Source: Camelus ferus
Taxonomy: Eukaryota
DNA: 64,000 nucleotides
Assembly (NCBI RefSeq): GCF_009834535.1
Contig: NC_045697.1
Location: 65,784,001-65,848,000, forward strand
Direction: 5' to 3'
This document shows, one piece after another, positions 12,967 through 25,173 of this stretch. Position 1 is the stretch's first letter. Every line of letters starts with the position of its first letter. The notes beneath the pieces are model-generated. The model had not been told where the DNA came from, ran no database searches, and saw only the letters and a list, made by a program, of their open reading frames with translations. Position numbers and translations under genes: made by a program.

Positions 12967-14412
12967 CCTGTCATGTTAAAGAAAAGACCCAAAGGAAAAC
13001 ATAGATCATGGTGATAAATGTATTGTATCTTCATATTTCATTGTAGTTGTCAAGAATTCTTGCCAAGCAATAAATGTTAAGCAAACCTGAGCCGCGGTGA
13101 GTTAGGTACAGGTACGCTTCAGCTCCACATTTGGCCTCAAAATATTGCCTTTGTCCTGACGGTTTGCTTCACTGTCTTGGCTGGGTTAGGTAGGTGGATG
13201 GGGGCAAGGATGCCACCCTTTTATTCCCCCTAAGTGTGTGGGTGTGCATGTGTGTGTATGAGAGACAGAGACAGAGAGATTAGGGGGAGTTTTAAAACCA
13301 TTTCAGTTTCATTTTATTTCGATTTGCTCTTTGGTGTTGCTCAAAATGTACTAGTTTCTTCTATGATACAGGGTTTTTAGACAGTTGACTGAATTAGAAG
13401 ACAAAATTGCATCAAACTTGCAAGATTTAAGGAAAATGGTCGTTTACAAAATAGTGTGGAGTTGGGAGGAGAGGGAGGTGTGGCTGGGATGGTTTTCAAA
13501 GGGGAAGATGAACTAAAGCTCAATGGCTGATGGGAAAACAGCCGCAGTAAGTGTCTGTGCTTCACAGGGCTGGCCTGTCAGTCATCTCTCTCTTTCCTCA
13601 CTCTTGGAATTCAGTACACAGGGAGGTGGAAGGGGATGGCACTGAGCCTCCTCCAACTGAGGCGGGACCAGAGGGGCAAAGGGCAGCTGCTCTCCTGACA
13701 CCCCCCTGCTTCCTGCCTGCTCCTCCTCCTCCTCCTGAAACGCCCTGCACCCTTTCTCTATATCGCAAAACTTGGAGCCTCGGTTCAAATAGCTGCCTCC
13801 TTTGTTACATTCTCTTTGATCACTTTTGCCAAAGTGACCTCACCTCCTTCCACAGAACTAAGTCGTGCTTCTTTTGTGAACCTCTCTAACACTCGCTTTC
13901 TGTAGGCTTCGTGTTCTGCCTCCCCCGGCCAAAAATAAAACAGACCCCAAAACAACAGTCTTTAGTTGTATGGCCTTACACAGATTACTCCACTTCCCTG
14001 TTGCTGAGTTTCTAAGTTTATAAAAATGGACGTAAAATTGGTAACAGCCTCAGAGGGTAGTTCTGAGACCTAACATAAGTGAATCGCCTTAAAGTGAACA
14101 ATGCAGGTGAAGAGACCAGTGCTCAAAAAATGTGAGAAACGATTAGCTACCGTTACTGCCTACGGCCGCCTGCTGAGCACATATTCTATAGTCGCCCTCC
14201 CTAAATTTTACCTTTCATTCGGCATATTGATTGATGCATCCTACAAGCAAACTGCAGCGGTAACTACTGCTGCGCACACAGAGCCCTCAGACGCCGCTGC
14301 CTGACCCGAGGGGCGTGCAGCCCTTTGGAAGAAGCAAAGCAAAACCACTTTGACAAAAGTCGTTAGAAAATCATCGGCAAACTTTCAGAGAGGGTTCAAA
14401 TGATAGATAGAT

Positions 14413-14575
14413 CAGTGGTTTCCCCAAACCAGCTTGATTATCAGGATCCCTGGGGGAGATATTGAACTATATAGATTCCCAGATCCCAACTTGGAACCAG
14501 AAAGTCAGAATCTCTGGTTTGTAGCCAACGAAATGCAAGTGATTCTGATGATCGTCCAAGTGTGGAATCCATGGA
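14413..14575. mobile_element. MER5-like hAT MITE
   Basis: CAGTGGTTTCCCCAAAC...GATTCCCAG...TCAGAATCTCTGG...AAGTGATTCTGATGAT...AAGTGTGGAATCCATG. Confidence 0.65.
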
Positions 14576-15944
14576 CTAGTCACATATAACTGGGGAGAAG
14601 GGCTTTCTGTTAAAACTAACCTTAACCAGGACTAGGGGCACTCTTTCTAAGAGTTAGGATGAAGGACGATGGTATCACTTAAAAGAGATAAGGGTGTTTC
14701 AACCCAGTGGCTTAATCTTCTCAATAAAGCAGGAAATAAGGTCCTCTACTGAGAATGAGACAGGGATCAGTGCGGTTCGGGATCTGGGAAACGTGGAGAA
14801 GGGGGAAGAGTTGCCATGGGGATGTGTTACAGGGACAGCAAGAGGTGACTTCAACTGGGGGCCCATGAGGCTGCACTACTTCTTACTGAATTCCCAGGTC
14901 CAGCTTACACCTGGACAAAGGTCATTCTTCTCAAGCCCCCAAGAGCTCATATAGATGAAAAGGCACTGGCATTGTCAGTAAAGGTAATTTTTTAATTTTA
15001 CTGACAGCAAGACCAAATGCTGTGAATTCTGAGTATCATTTGACACCCTTGTTTCTTCCGCCTAGTATAAAATTTAGAAACTGATCTCCTGAAATGTCTA
15101 GGCATCAGTTTCTCATCAATACCGACAAATCTACCTACTGTGCTCTTGGTTGCTCTGTGGCTGGCATCTGAATATATGAACTCCCCGAGGGTGAGAATAA
15201 GACTTCATAATTAAACTTATGTTGGTGTCACTTTTCGTGTATTTTTCTTTTTGGCGAATGAATTATTTTATTCCTCTCTTTTTTCCACATCAAATTCTCA
15301 GTGTTGTAATGGGTCTCCCACAGTTCCAGGCAGTTACTGGTTCTTGGGGAGAAATGCTCCTGTGGCATTATTGATTGCAGCCTTCATGGGAAGGACAGTG
15401 ATTTACTATGTTGCTCCCTGTGCAGCTGTGAATTTGCTGTACAGTGACGGCCTTCGGTGGCCTCCTCAGTCTCCACTCGACAAGAGACCTAGGGAGGGAG
15501 CTAGTTGTATTGAAATCAAAGTGTCCTCACCCCAAATCGTATTCTGTCCCTTCAAACTGAACCCAGGTCGGTGAGAGGTTAGTGGAAACATGGTTAAGGA
15601 CCTGGTAAATAATGACACTGAAATTGAGGCTGTCCCTGCTGGCCTCTGACCCCTGACTTGGCCTCCTAAAAGCTTCATGCTGTCACCCTCACCACCTCCC
15701 TCCTTTACTGGGCTTTTCATGGATGCCTGCTTCCTCCCTCACAGTCTCAATACTTCACATTCTAGCATTCTGTGTATTCTCTTGGCTAAATGATCTGAAT
15801 GGACATTTGACCCATAGGGAGCACTGTGGGTTTGGACTTAGCCATTGTCTCTGTCAGTGTTCAGTTCTGAAAAGACAAAGTGGAAACCTGGAGCGAATGG
15901 ACTCTGCTATATCATCATGGATGCACCACAATAATCTTTATTAT

Positions 15945-16160
15945 GATTATGATAATAGCTACCTGGCAGTGAGCACTTAATACATGTCAGATAGCATGCT
16001 GAGCACTTGGCATGGACGATGCAATTTAAGATTGGAATTATTTCATTAGAAAAACTGGAGCGCAGAGGGATCACATTACTTTGCTGGTATCTACGCAGGA
16101 AGTAATGAAACGAGGATTCCACCCAAGTTTTTCTTACTCTAATACTCATGCTCCTAACTG
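15945..16160 (-). mobile_element. MIR SINE
   Basis: ATAATAGCTACC...TGAGCACTTAATACATGTCAG...AAAACTGGAGCGCAGAG...GGATTCCACCCAAG. Confidence 0.6.
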
Positions 16161-17514
16161 CCCCACTGTCCCCTTCCAAAAATCTCAGTCCCTGAATTAT
16201 TTGCCATCATTCACATTTCCTAAACTCTTATCTCTAGCTCACTGTCACTCCTTGACTTCTCTTTGATCACCAGCCACTTATTATGTCTGTGCTTTACATC
16301 CACCTGCATATTTGCAAATAGTTTTGGAAGTGGAATTCATTTCATCCACTTATTTTGTGCCCACTAAAACAGCTGGTATATTGGTATCCTCAGTTTTCTA
16401 GATGGATCATATCCTTAAGTGAAAGTGATAAGACCTGATGGGGTAGGAGAAGATGATGGGAGAGAAACGGAATGGTATCACTGATCTCAGGGGATGCTGG
16501 GACTCAACATTCCTGCCATCAATTATTAGATATGATCTCCCCGGACATTGTTTGCCACACTTCTCATCTGTATGTTTATAGGAAGCCTTTGCCCAGAGCT
16601 GAGGGAAAATGGAATGCAAATGTTAGAAAGAAAATTCAGAAACCTAGGAACTCTGCCCAGTGGTCTCAGGCTATGATTAGTGATGTTAAGCAGTAGCATC
16701 CACTCTCTTCTTTCTTCCATACTCAACCTGAGATGTTGGCCCTGCTACCACCTTATCTTGTTCGTGCATCTTAGACAAGTTCTTTTATACGAAAGATCCT
16801 GGGGGATCTCCAGAGCTCTGTGGACCATCGTTGAGACTGTCTGAGAGATAACTTGGTGTTTAATGTAACAAGGACTCTGGAAGCAATTCTTATATTTTAA
16901 TTTCCTCTGATTCGTGTTGCAGGTCATGCCTCACTGTGAGAACTGGGTGAGTGCACAGTGTTCTGTTTCCATTACAACTACAAGAAAATCACTTGAAAGC
17001 ACATTCACTATAGTCTTGTAGAGTGTAGCCTCTCCTAGAAAGTAAGCCAGCAAGGGTGTTGATAACTACAGGATGGATCTGTTTCTCACATTACCCTCGT
17101 TGCTATGGTAGTGTGCCTATTTATTGTATGTGGAATGTCATTATTTGTAGTGACCTGTGTAGCTTGAGTTTTATCTTGATGATCCTTTTGTCAGAGGGTT
17201 TTATCCTTTTCACTCATCTAGAAATAAACAGAGCATGGTATCCAGTATTGCTTATACCACCATATGCAGGCTAAAGATTCTTCAGAATTCACCAATATTC
17301 TGATGGATTTAGTTGCTGAAAAACATAACTGGCTATCCAAGCATGGATACATTGCACTCCCACAATCACTCATCAAGGATTTTAGAAATATTTCAGATCC
17401 CCACTTAGGTTGCTTTCATTTCTAATTGGATTTGGAACAGATATGAAGGGTTGATTCTGTCAGGTTTGGGGTAGAGAAATAGCAGGCTTTGCAAATGTCT
17501 CCATTTCTTACACG

Positions 17515-17518
<4 letters not shown>

Positions 17519-17551
<33 letters not shown>
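17519..17551. repeat. (CA)16 microsatellite
   Basis: Read directly from the sequence. Confidence 0.95.
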
Positions 17552-17553
<2 letters not shown>

Positions 17554-18991
17554 TTTATGAAACCTATTTCTGCATGAAGAGGCCAGCCACGCAATCCCTC
17601 TGACAATTGTTATCAGGATGGAATGACACTCAATTTTTATCAAGCCTCTTCTCTGAGTTACTGAAGCCTCCCATAACATCATTAAGTAAGTAAACACTGC
17701 CGCGCATAAAGCTCTCGCTATTACCATGGAAAACAGCAAGCAGCTCCCATGCGCTTACACGGGAACTGTGAGCATCGGCGTCCTTTTCATAACAGCAACA
17801 TATCTACACCGGTTCGTTTTATAGACTCATAGAAAGATACTATTTCCTTTATATCTGTCAGCAGAATTTCTTTCTGATAACTGCTGAAAACTTCAGTAAG
17901 CAGTTAGTCCTGCTGGTTGAAGAAAACAGATGCGTTATCTGAGGTAACAGATAAGTCTCATTAAGAAGATGGAATAGACTAATTCCCAACGTATCTCCCA
18001 TGCGTGGGAAAACTGAACTGTGAAATAGAGCAGTTACACATCAGTTACCCTTCCTGCGTGGAATTAGACAGGTCTCACTGCTACACAGCACATTATGTAA
18101 TTTTTTTATAAATAACCATTTATCTCTCTTTTTGCTGCCTCATTAAAAAAAAAAAAAAAAAGACAGCAGTTCTTCTACGCCAAATAAGACTTATTCCTGA
18201 AACTACTTTAAAAATCCAAGTATTCTATTTAAAGTGTATGTTCCTGCTTACTAACACAGGCCCCAAAAGCGGATATTTAGTATTAACCCAAAAACAAATG
18301 CTACACATCTTATGACATTACACTTTTAACAGAAAATGTCTCCTACCAACTAAAGTAAAGCTATTAGCATTTAAAATACGTTTTAGAGCTCTTGTGTTGA
18401 TTAATGATTTGTAATCATTTTAGGTAGTTTCTCAGGTTTGTCATATCAGGTTTTCATATGTGAATTACTTGAAAACAACTTCATTTCTTGAGTAGTTTAA
18501 ATCTCTCTCTTACACTTGTTTACATGATTAATTTTCCTTAGTAAACGTTCTTATATGGCTATAATGTCCCAAACACAGAAGTGTCATGTTACAGGAGTTA
18601 AATTAATGGAAGTTTATAAATGAAAACTTTGCTTATCAAAGTAAACAATAAAGGAGAGGACTTACTTGTTTTAATTTGTGGACTGTGTAATAAAAACAAG
18701 ATAACGAGAATAGAAGTGCTTTGCAAATTATGAAGTGATATTTTAAAGAAGAAAGATATTTGTATCCTAGTTTTTTCTAATGTCTTATATATTGATAGGG
18801 AGATGAAGAAACGTAAATTCTACAGGTTCTGAGTCTGAGTCTGAGACCAGTTTTATCTCAGACGTGATTCAGAGGGAGAAAGAGAGAAATTCCAGAATTG
18901 GAAAAGCAGCTGACTAGGCAGGTCGTGCCTGAGCGACAGCCGCACTCTGGCGCCGTGACACTTGCTGCGGTGCTGCGTTTCACCGGCCGTG

Positions 18992-19130
18992 TGTATCAGT
19001 CCGCCTGGGCCGCTGTAACGAAAGACCACAGACTGGGTGGCTTAATCAACAGAGCCTCCTCTCTCATGGTTCTCAAGGCCAGGAGTCCAAGATCAAGGTG
19101 CCTGCCAGGTAGATGTCATTATGAGGCCTC
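18992..19130 (-). mobile_element. MaLR LTR (MLT1-type) fragment
   Basis: TGTATCAGT...GCTGTAAC...ACCACAGACTGGGTGGCTTAA...GGAGTCCAAGATCAAGGTG is the reverse complement of the MLT1 3' end. Confidence 0.8.
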
Positions 19131-22100
19131 CTAGACAACACTTACTCCAAAAGGTTGTCCCATTACTGCCCATCATGCCAAAGCCAGGGTTTCGTCACCC
19201 TTTTTCACAGGACCTTTCACTGCACTGCCCTCTCAGAGCACATAATCACGCTGCAGAGGAGTCACACAGTAGTTAATCATCCAAGAAACAGCTTTGGGAT
19301 TTTTTTTTTCCTAATTTATAGAAATGTAGCATGTTCAGGTTCATGCTGAAAAGAGTTTAGAAGGTAGAGTTCATTTTCTAAAATGTCTAAAATGGAAGAG
19401 ACACGTTTTCTGTGGTTCGAGTCACTTTGAGAAAAGTTTGTTATGTTATTGTCTTAATGCTCTCACTAAAAAATTTGAAACACTTTTCCAGGAGAACTGG
19501 GATAATGCTAAATATAACACAATACACCTAAAAGGTTAGAATTTTAAAAAAGAATCCTTCAAACTTTCCCTCTACGAAAATACAGGTAAAACATAGTAAA
19601 ATTATTGTCCTAAAGTTGTAATGTTACCAGTGGTCTAACTCTTGGCTGAGAATTTTAATTAATTACACTGAATTTATCCACCAACTTTAATACAAATAAG
19701 CCTTGAGGGTTTTTTTTTTTTTTTTTTGCATATATATCAATATACAGCCTCTAAGTTAAGAGATGTTATTTGCATCATAAAAGAATTCACCAGTTATTGA
19801 AGTACCTACTACTAAAACAGGTCTTGGAATAATGAATTCTCTCCATATATTTAAGTGGTTATTCAACTTATAAAAAGTTCAGTGTTTATGAAAATATTCA
19901 TGAGAATATTTGTTCATTCGAAAATCTCCTTCTCCATAATCTTCTTTCTCCTAGGCTGTGCCAAAAACAAACATATCACAGTCTTTATCCATTTACGCAC
20001 AGCACGCACATCAAGATTCCACTTATTTTAAGATTTGGTTGTCAGACACAAAGATATGAAAATATTCATAAAAGGTGTGCCGTCCACTAAGCAAAATAAT
20101 TTTGATTTTATGACCCTTCTTCATAAACATGCATTTGAAAGGTCTGCAGAAGAAGGCGTTGTACTATCTGAAGAGGGACTGTAAGCAGAGATGATCACTG
20201 CCAGTTTCTCGCTCTGCAGAATGAGAGAATTTTTCCCCTTTACCCTATAACCTAAATACCACACTGAGCTTAAGGATGAAGCTGACATTTTAAAAGATCA
20301 CCAGAAGTGTTCTCTTTCCAATTGCAATTATGCCCTCCATCTCCGTGGGAGCCATCGTCGGGGTCTTTTCAGCTCTCCAGTAGCTTTCTGGCTCGCTTTC
20401 ATTATCCTGATTATCTATTCATTTGCCGCCCAGCACTCATTTTATGAAAGATCATGTCTGCCATTTCTATAATGAGTGCTTGACTTTTACTGCCAGCATA
20501 AACACATAAAATATATAATAATTAAAGTTCACTAGTCACCAAAGTCTTGAGATCCGTCATGTTGCTAATTTGATGTTTCAAGCAATCGCTTCTCTGCGAA
20601 CAAGGCAGAGTTTGCTCTCTTGGGCAGTGCAAGACTTGGGGTGGAGGAGATGACTCTAACCTAGAGAGAGCAACCTGAATGGGCACCATGTATGTCAACT
20701 TTACGGTTCATCTTCAACCGAACAACAAATCTGTGAAGTATGGTGACTGTTAGAGCCAACAAAAATCTCATCAGTATTTGAACATAAAAATTGTTTTAAG
20801 TGTTAAAGCTTAAATAATGCACAGTTTTCAAAAGAGTTAAATGTCATTTAATAAGTATTATACCTTTCATGGGCTATCAAAGGAAAAATTGCATCAGGCT
20901 AACTGTGGAAGTCTGCATAACATAATGGAAACTTCACAGTACGTTGACTTCCACTGAGTAAAGACTTCCTTATTTTGAACACACTGCCTTGTTTTGATAA
21001 CATTGGCAAAGTCCCCAAAGTACCTCATGATAATGAATGCATCTGACGTTTACTCTAATCGCAGAGAGATTAATGAACTCATGCGATATTCATGTGGCTC
21101 TCCAGGGACAGCAGGATGTGTTACACCAAGTATAATGTTTGTAAATGGATACAATGGAATACATGTTTTCCAAGGAAGTTGAGTAGTCAAATCTTCAACT
21201 AATAAAGTGCCGGGAAATAAAGAGGCAGCTTCCAGTTATACTGGTTTTCTTTAAGGATGCTGAGATATTGATGGCGCATTTGGAAAAAAGTGCAGGAGCC
21301 ACAAGGGCTGGGTTTGGGAGCTGGCTGGATCACTTAGCAGCCTTGCAACCTTGGGCAGTTTTCTTCACCTCACGGCCTCCATCTTCTCAGCTTTAAAATG
21401 AGAACTTAATAACACTAGCCTTCATAAAGTCTTTTAAAAGAATAAGGAAGGAGGGAGGGAGGGATCAATCAATCATTCAATCTATCACTATAATTTCTCC
21501 CTCACGAGATTATTTTAGGATGTAAATCAAATGATATGCAGTGTTTTTGATAAGTGCTTTATACACTTTGCTGCATTATGCATGCATTTCTTACTGTTAT
21601 TCCTTTGGAAAATAAGTCTTCTGGATAAAGTTTACACTTTATTTCCCATACACAGAAAAATGAATGCCTTAGGAAGACATTACTTACTGCATAGGGACAT
21701 AGAACACTGTTTAATAAGAAAATCAGATCTGACCAATTAAAGATTTTATCAAGTTAGCTTCTTCATATTAGGAAGTGAGATACCAGGTTTGAAGCAGGAC
21801 AGGAAACTTCTCTTTTTATGCCTGTCTCTGACATGCAGTGGTCTTCAACAAGAACTGAGCTTGCGATTTACATCCAGCCCTGTTGACTTGGCCCTGCAGT
21901 GGGGAGCTGGGCAGGTCACTTCACCTCACTGGGCAGGAGTTAAATATGATCTCAGCCCCCAGATACTATCCAGTACTAACATGCTGTCATTCTCATTAAT
22001 CATCTCTAGTAATTCTTCACCAACCCTGAAAAACTTCTAATTAGTTTACAGTGCTTCTAGTCATACATAAGTAAAAAACATTTGTACATTTTTGATTATA

Positions 22101-22730
22101 TGAGACACCACCTCTTCTGCCTCAGTCAACTATCTTACCCATTCTTATTAAATCATAATCATGTCCCTGGAATATCCTTTAGTGGTAATGTATCTGTTCA
22201 TATCTCTTTGATTCCAAAATACAGTTTCCATTGCCCGGAAAATGATCCAGCAAATACAGAACCTCAGACAACAAATACTACCTGATCTTGAATAATTAAG
22301 GCAGTCCCTCTTGGAACATGGGTGGTCCCAATCGCAAGACAAATGTTCAAATGTATGTCTCAGAATAATCAGAAAACCAAGGAAATCCAAAATTCATCTG
22401 AATTATTATACTGTCATTATTAATATAAAGTGTGTACATCAAATTCTTTCTCAACATGGTCAAATACAGAATCAACACGTGGTAACTCTGTACTCATAAC
22501 TCTGTACACAGATACATTACTAGCAGGCATTACTACATTCTAGTAAGATGTAAAGACATAGTCAAAAGAGCTGGACTAAGAGTCAAAATCTCTGGCTTTA
22601 AAATAGACTCTGATGCTTTCAAATAATGTGACTTTGGCCAAGTCATTTAAGACCTCTCAACGTCAACATCTTCATCAGTGAAAATGGAAATTTGTTGACT
22701 TCATAGAGTTAATTTGCTATGGGGTTTCTA

Positions 22731-22860
22731 AAGGAGATCAGCAACTGTGGGGCCAAACCTGGCTCGGGCAGAGTTAAGTAGCTGCGACAGAGACCACATG
22801 GCCCACCAACACTAAAACTTCGGCTGTCTGGCCCTGACACAAAAGGTTTGCTGACCCTGC
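22731..22860. mobile_element. MER58-like hAT MITE (internally deleted), next to a MIR at about 22560-22720
   Basis: GCAGAGTTAAGTAGCTGCGACAGAGACCACATGGCCC...CTGGCCCTG...AAAAGGTTTGCTGACCCTG. Confidence 0.7.
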
Positions 22861-23725
22861 TCTAAAAGGTGATACTTGTGAACTTATTTGAAATGCCATG
22901 TGCACCTGTATGGTTTTAGGCAATCTCAGTAGGTTGGATTTAAGCAACTGGCTTTTGGCTCAACTAACTGGAAGAACTAGTTAAAAATTCAAATAAAGCA
23001 AAGGAAATACCTTCTAATAGTCTCCTTTAGGCTGTGACTGAGGGATTAGATGTTATCAATGAATATTTGTTGTGCTGAATACTACAAACTCATTAAGAGA
23101 TTTTACTTAAGAAAAAAAATCAACTAATGCCTGATTCATAGGAGGCTGATAGAATTTGTTTTTTCAACTCCGATGTTCGAATAGCAATAACAGCATGCTA
23201 GTCAGAGGGCCGCTCCACCCAGCTTAGTGTTAGATCTCAATCTTTGATAAGTGTTTTTTCTTCAATGCAAATTTACCTACATTTTCCAAGACCAGAATGA
23301 AAGAAGTGATGAATGAATGAAAAACCTATCAAGCTGATGTTTTTCTGAAATTTGTCTGCATGTTATTATTAATTCTTTCTTAGTAACCAAGGAGAGGAAA
23401 ATTTTGTGAGCACCCAGCAAATCAATTTAATAATGTGGGTATTCTGGATGAAAACCGATCCACTCACTGTGTCAAAAAATGCTTTTTTTTTTCAGTTATT
23501 CCCAAATTTCTTTCTCAATGACAGGTAACATTAATAAGTAAAGAGACTCCTAAATATCTTTTTAATGTGGTTATGTAAGACTCACATGTATGTAACAGAT
23601 AAAAAGTTTTTGAAATATTAAAATAATCTATTTTCCTCCTCACCAATCCCTAGCTCCAAGTTGCCTCAGTGCTTCCAAACTGAAGAAATGCCTGGAGGTC
23701 TCAGATCAAAGAGTTTCTCTCATTA

Positions 23726-24752
23726 TGTAGCTAAAATTCCCTTTTACCACAACAGGCTAAGAACATTGAAGACCTGGGGTGTAAGAAGGATTTCGAGGAA
23801 AGGAAAGGAAAGTTGCACCTCTTCCGGTCAGAGGTTGCCAGTGGAGGGCAGGGGCTGGGAGATGAGCGAGTGGTGAGGCAGACGTCAGACAGACTGAAAG
23901 ACACAAGGGCAGAGGGCCTGACGCGTCCTCTCCCATCTGAGCTTCTGAGGGGAGCTCCCCGGGCCCACCAGGCTCTGCACCAACACAGGAGACTTCAGGC
24001 GGCTGAGAAGCCAGAGCCACGTGGTCAGGAAAAACCAAAGGAAGGCTCAGTCTTCATCCCCAGGCCTCCCTTCCTCCCGTAAGAATAAGAGTAAGGTGAG
24101 AATGCTGAGGCAGAGCACATACGCCACCCTCAAGACCCTCCAGAGTGAGTGACAGGGTGATACCAGAGTAGGGTCTGAAGGGCTACACAGTAGTCAGGGG
24201 CTGAGATGAAGGAAATGGTGGAAGCTAGCAAGGTGTACAGCACCTTGGAGGCTGCGTCAGCAGAGGAGGCCACAGCCCTGAAGGAGTCGAGAAGGACACC
24301 AGTCAACTTGAGCAGACCTAGCGCCTCGGCCCACTTTAGCAGCAGTCACCAGCGAATATCTAAGGATTGGACCCAGGCCCACGGAACTTCAAAGGAGAGC
24401 TGCCAGAGCAAGTCCAAGGACCAGCAAGAGGCCAGCAGCTCCCCCGACCAAACACCCACACTGGCGACATGATGCCATCCATAAATCCTGAAACACCATC
24501 TTGGAAAAGAGCGAGGGAAATGGGGAGGAATCGGAAAGATGGAGTAATTCTCTCAAGTCAATTGAGCTACAGCTGGAGACATGTTAAATTATTAGATCAG
24601 ATTAAATTTTAAATCATAGAGCTAATTTTAGTTTGGTTCCCACTGCTCAGCAGACCCAGTCCTCCTGAGAAAAATCAGTAAGTTCTAGAGAAAAGCTCCA
24701 TTTTCTTTGTACACACAAATTGTAGTGTGAATAAATTTGCAATTGTGCTACA
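23726..24752 (+). mobile_element. Approximately 1-kb ancient solo LTR (LTR78-like or mammalian Gypsy-LTR-like; family uncertain)
   Basis: Inverted termini TGTAGC...GCTACA and a 4-bp direct repeat ATTA at 23722-23725 and 24753-24756. AATAAA lies at 24730-24735. The interior is purine/GC-rich and contrasts with the AT-rich flanks. Confidence 0.7.
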
Positions 24753-24965
24753 ATTACATTGTGTGGTTTGAGGAAACATATTGATGAAAATTTCACTCAG
24801 AGTCTAACAAGTCTCTGAAACTAGGAGACAGCTCTTCTCCAAAGTTACATAGTAGAAGCTGTGTATGGTAATGGGGAAATGTATTGGAAGACAGTCCTGA
24901 GTTCCAGTCCCAGCTCAACTACTTACTCAGTGTTAGTCACTAAAAAAGTCATTTAATCTCTACAG

Positions 24966-25173
24966 CAGTGCCTCCCAACAGATGTGTCTTAGATGATGTA
25001 CTAGAATATTGCTAAAATGTTGATTCCTTCAGCCCTTGAAACAACCAAGGCACAGCCTGCAGTGGCTGGAGCCCCCAGTCTCTCCCTTCTGGTTGCAAAG
25101 GACCTCTGATTACCCCAGTGTGATATACAAATTATTTCTGTGTGTTAAATGCAATGATTTGGGGGAATTATTG
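24966..25173. mobile_element. Probable hAT-type MITE nested in a MIR (MIR halves at about 24855-24962 and 25175-25210)
   Basis: Imperfect terminal inverted repeats CAGTGCCTCCCAA ... TTGGGGGAATTATTG. The MIR core is interrupted between GTCATTTAATCTCT and TTCAATTTCCTCACCCATAGAATG. Confidence 0.45.
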
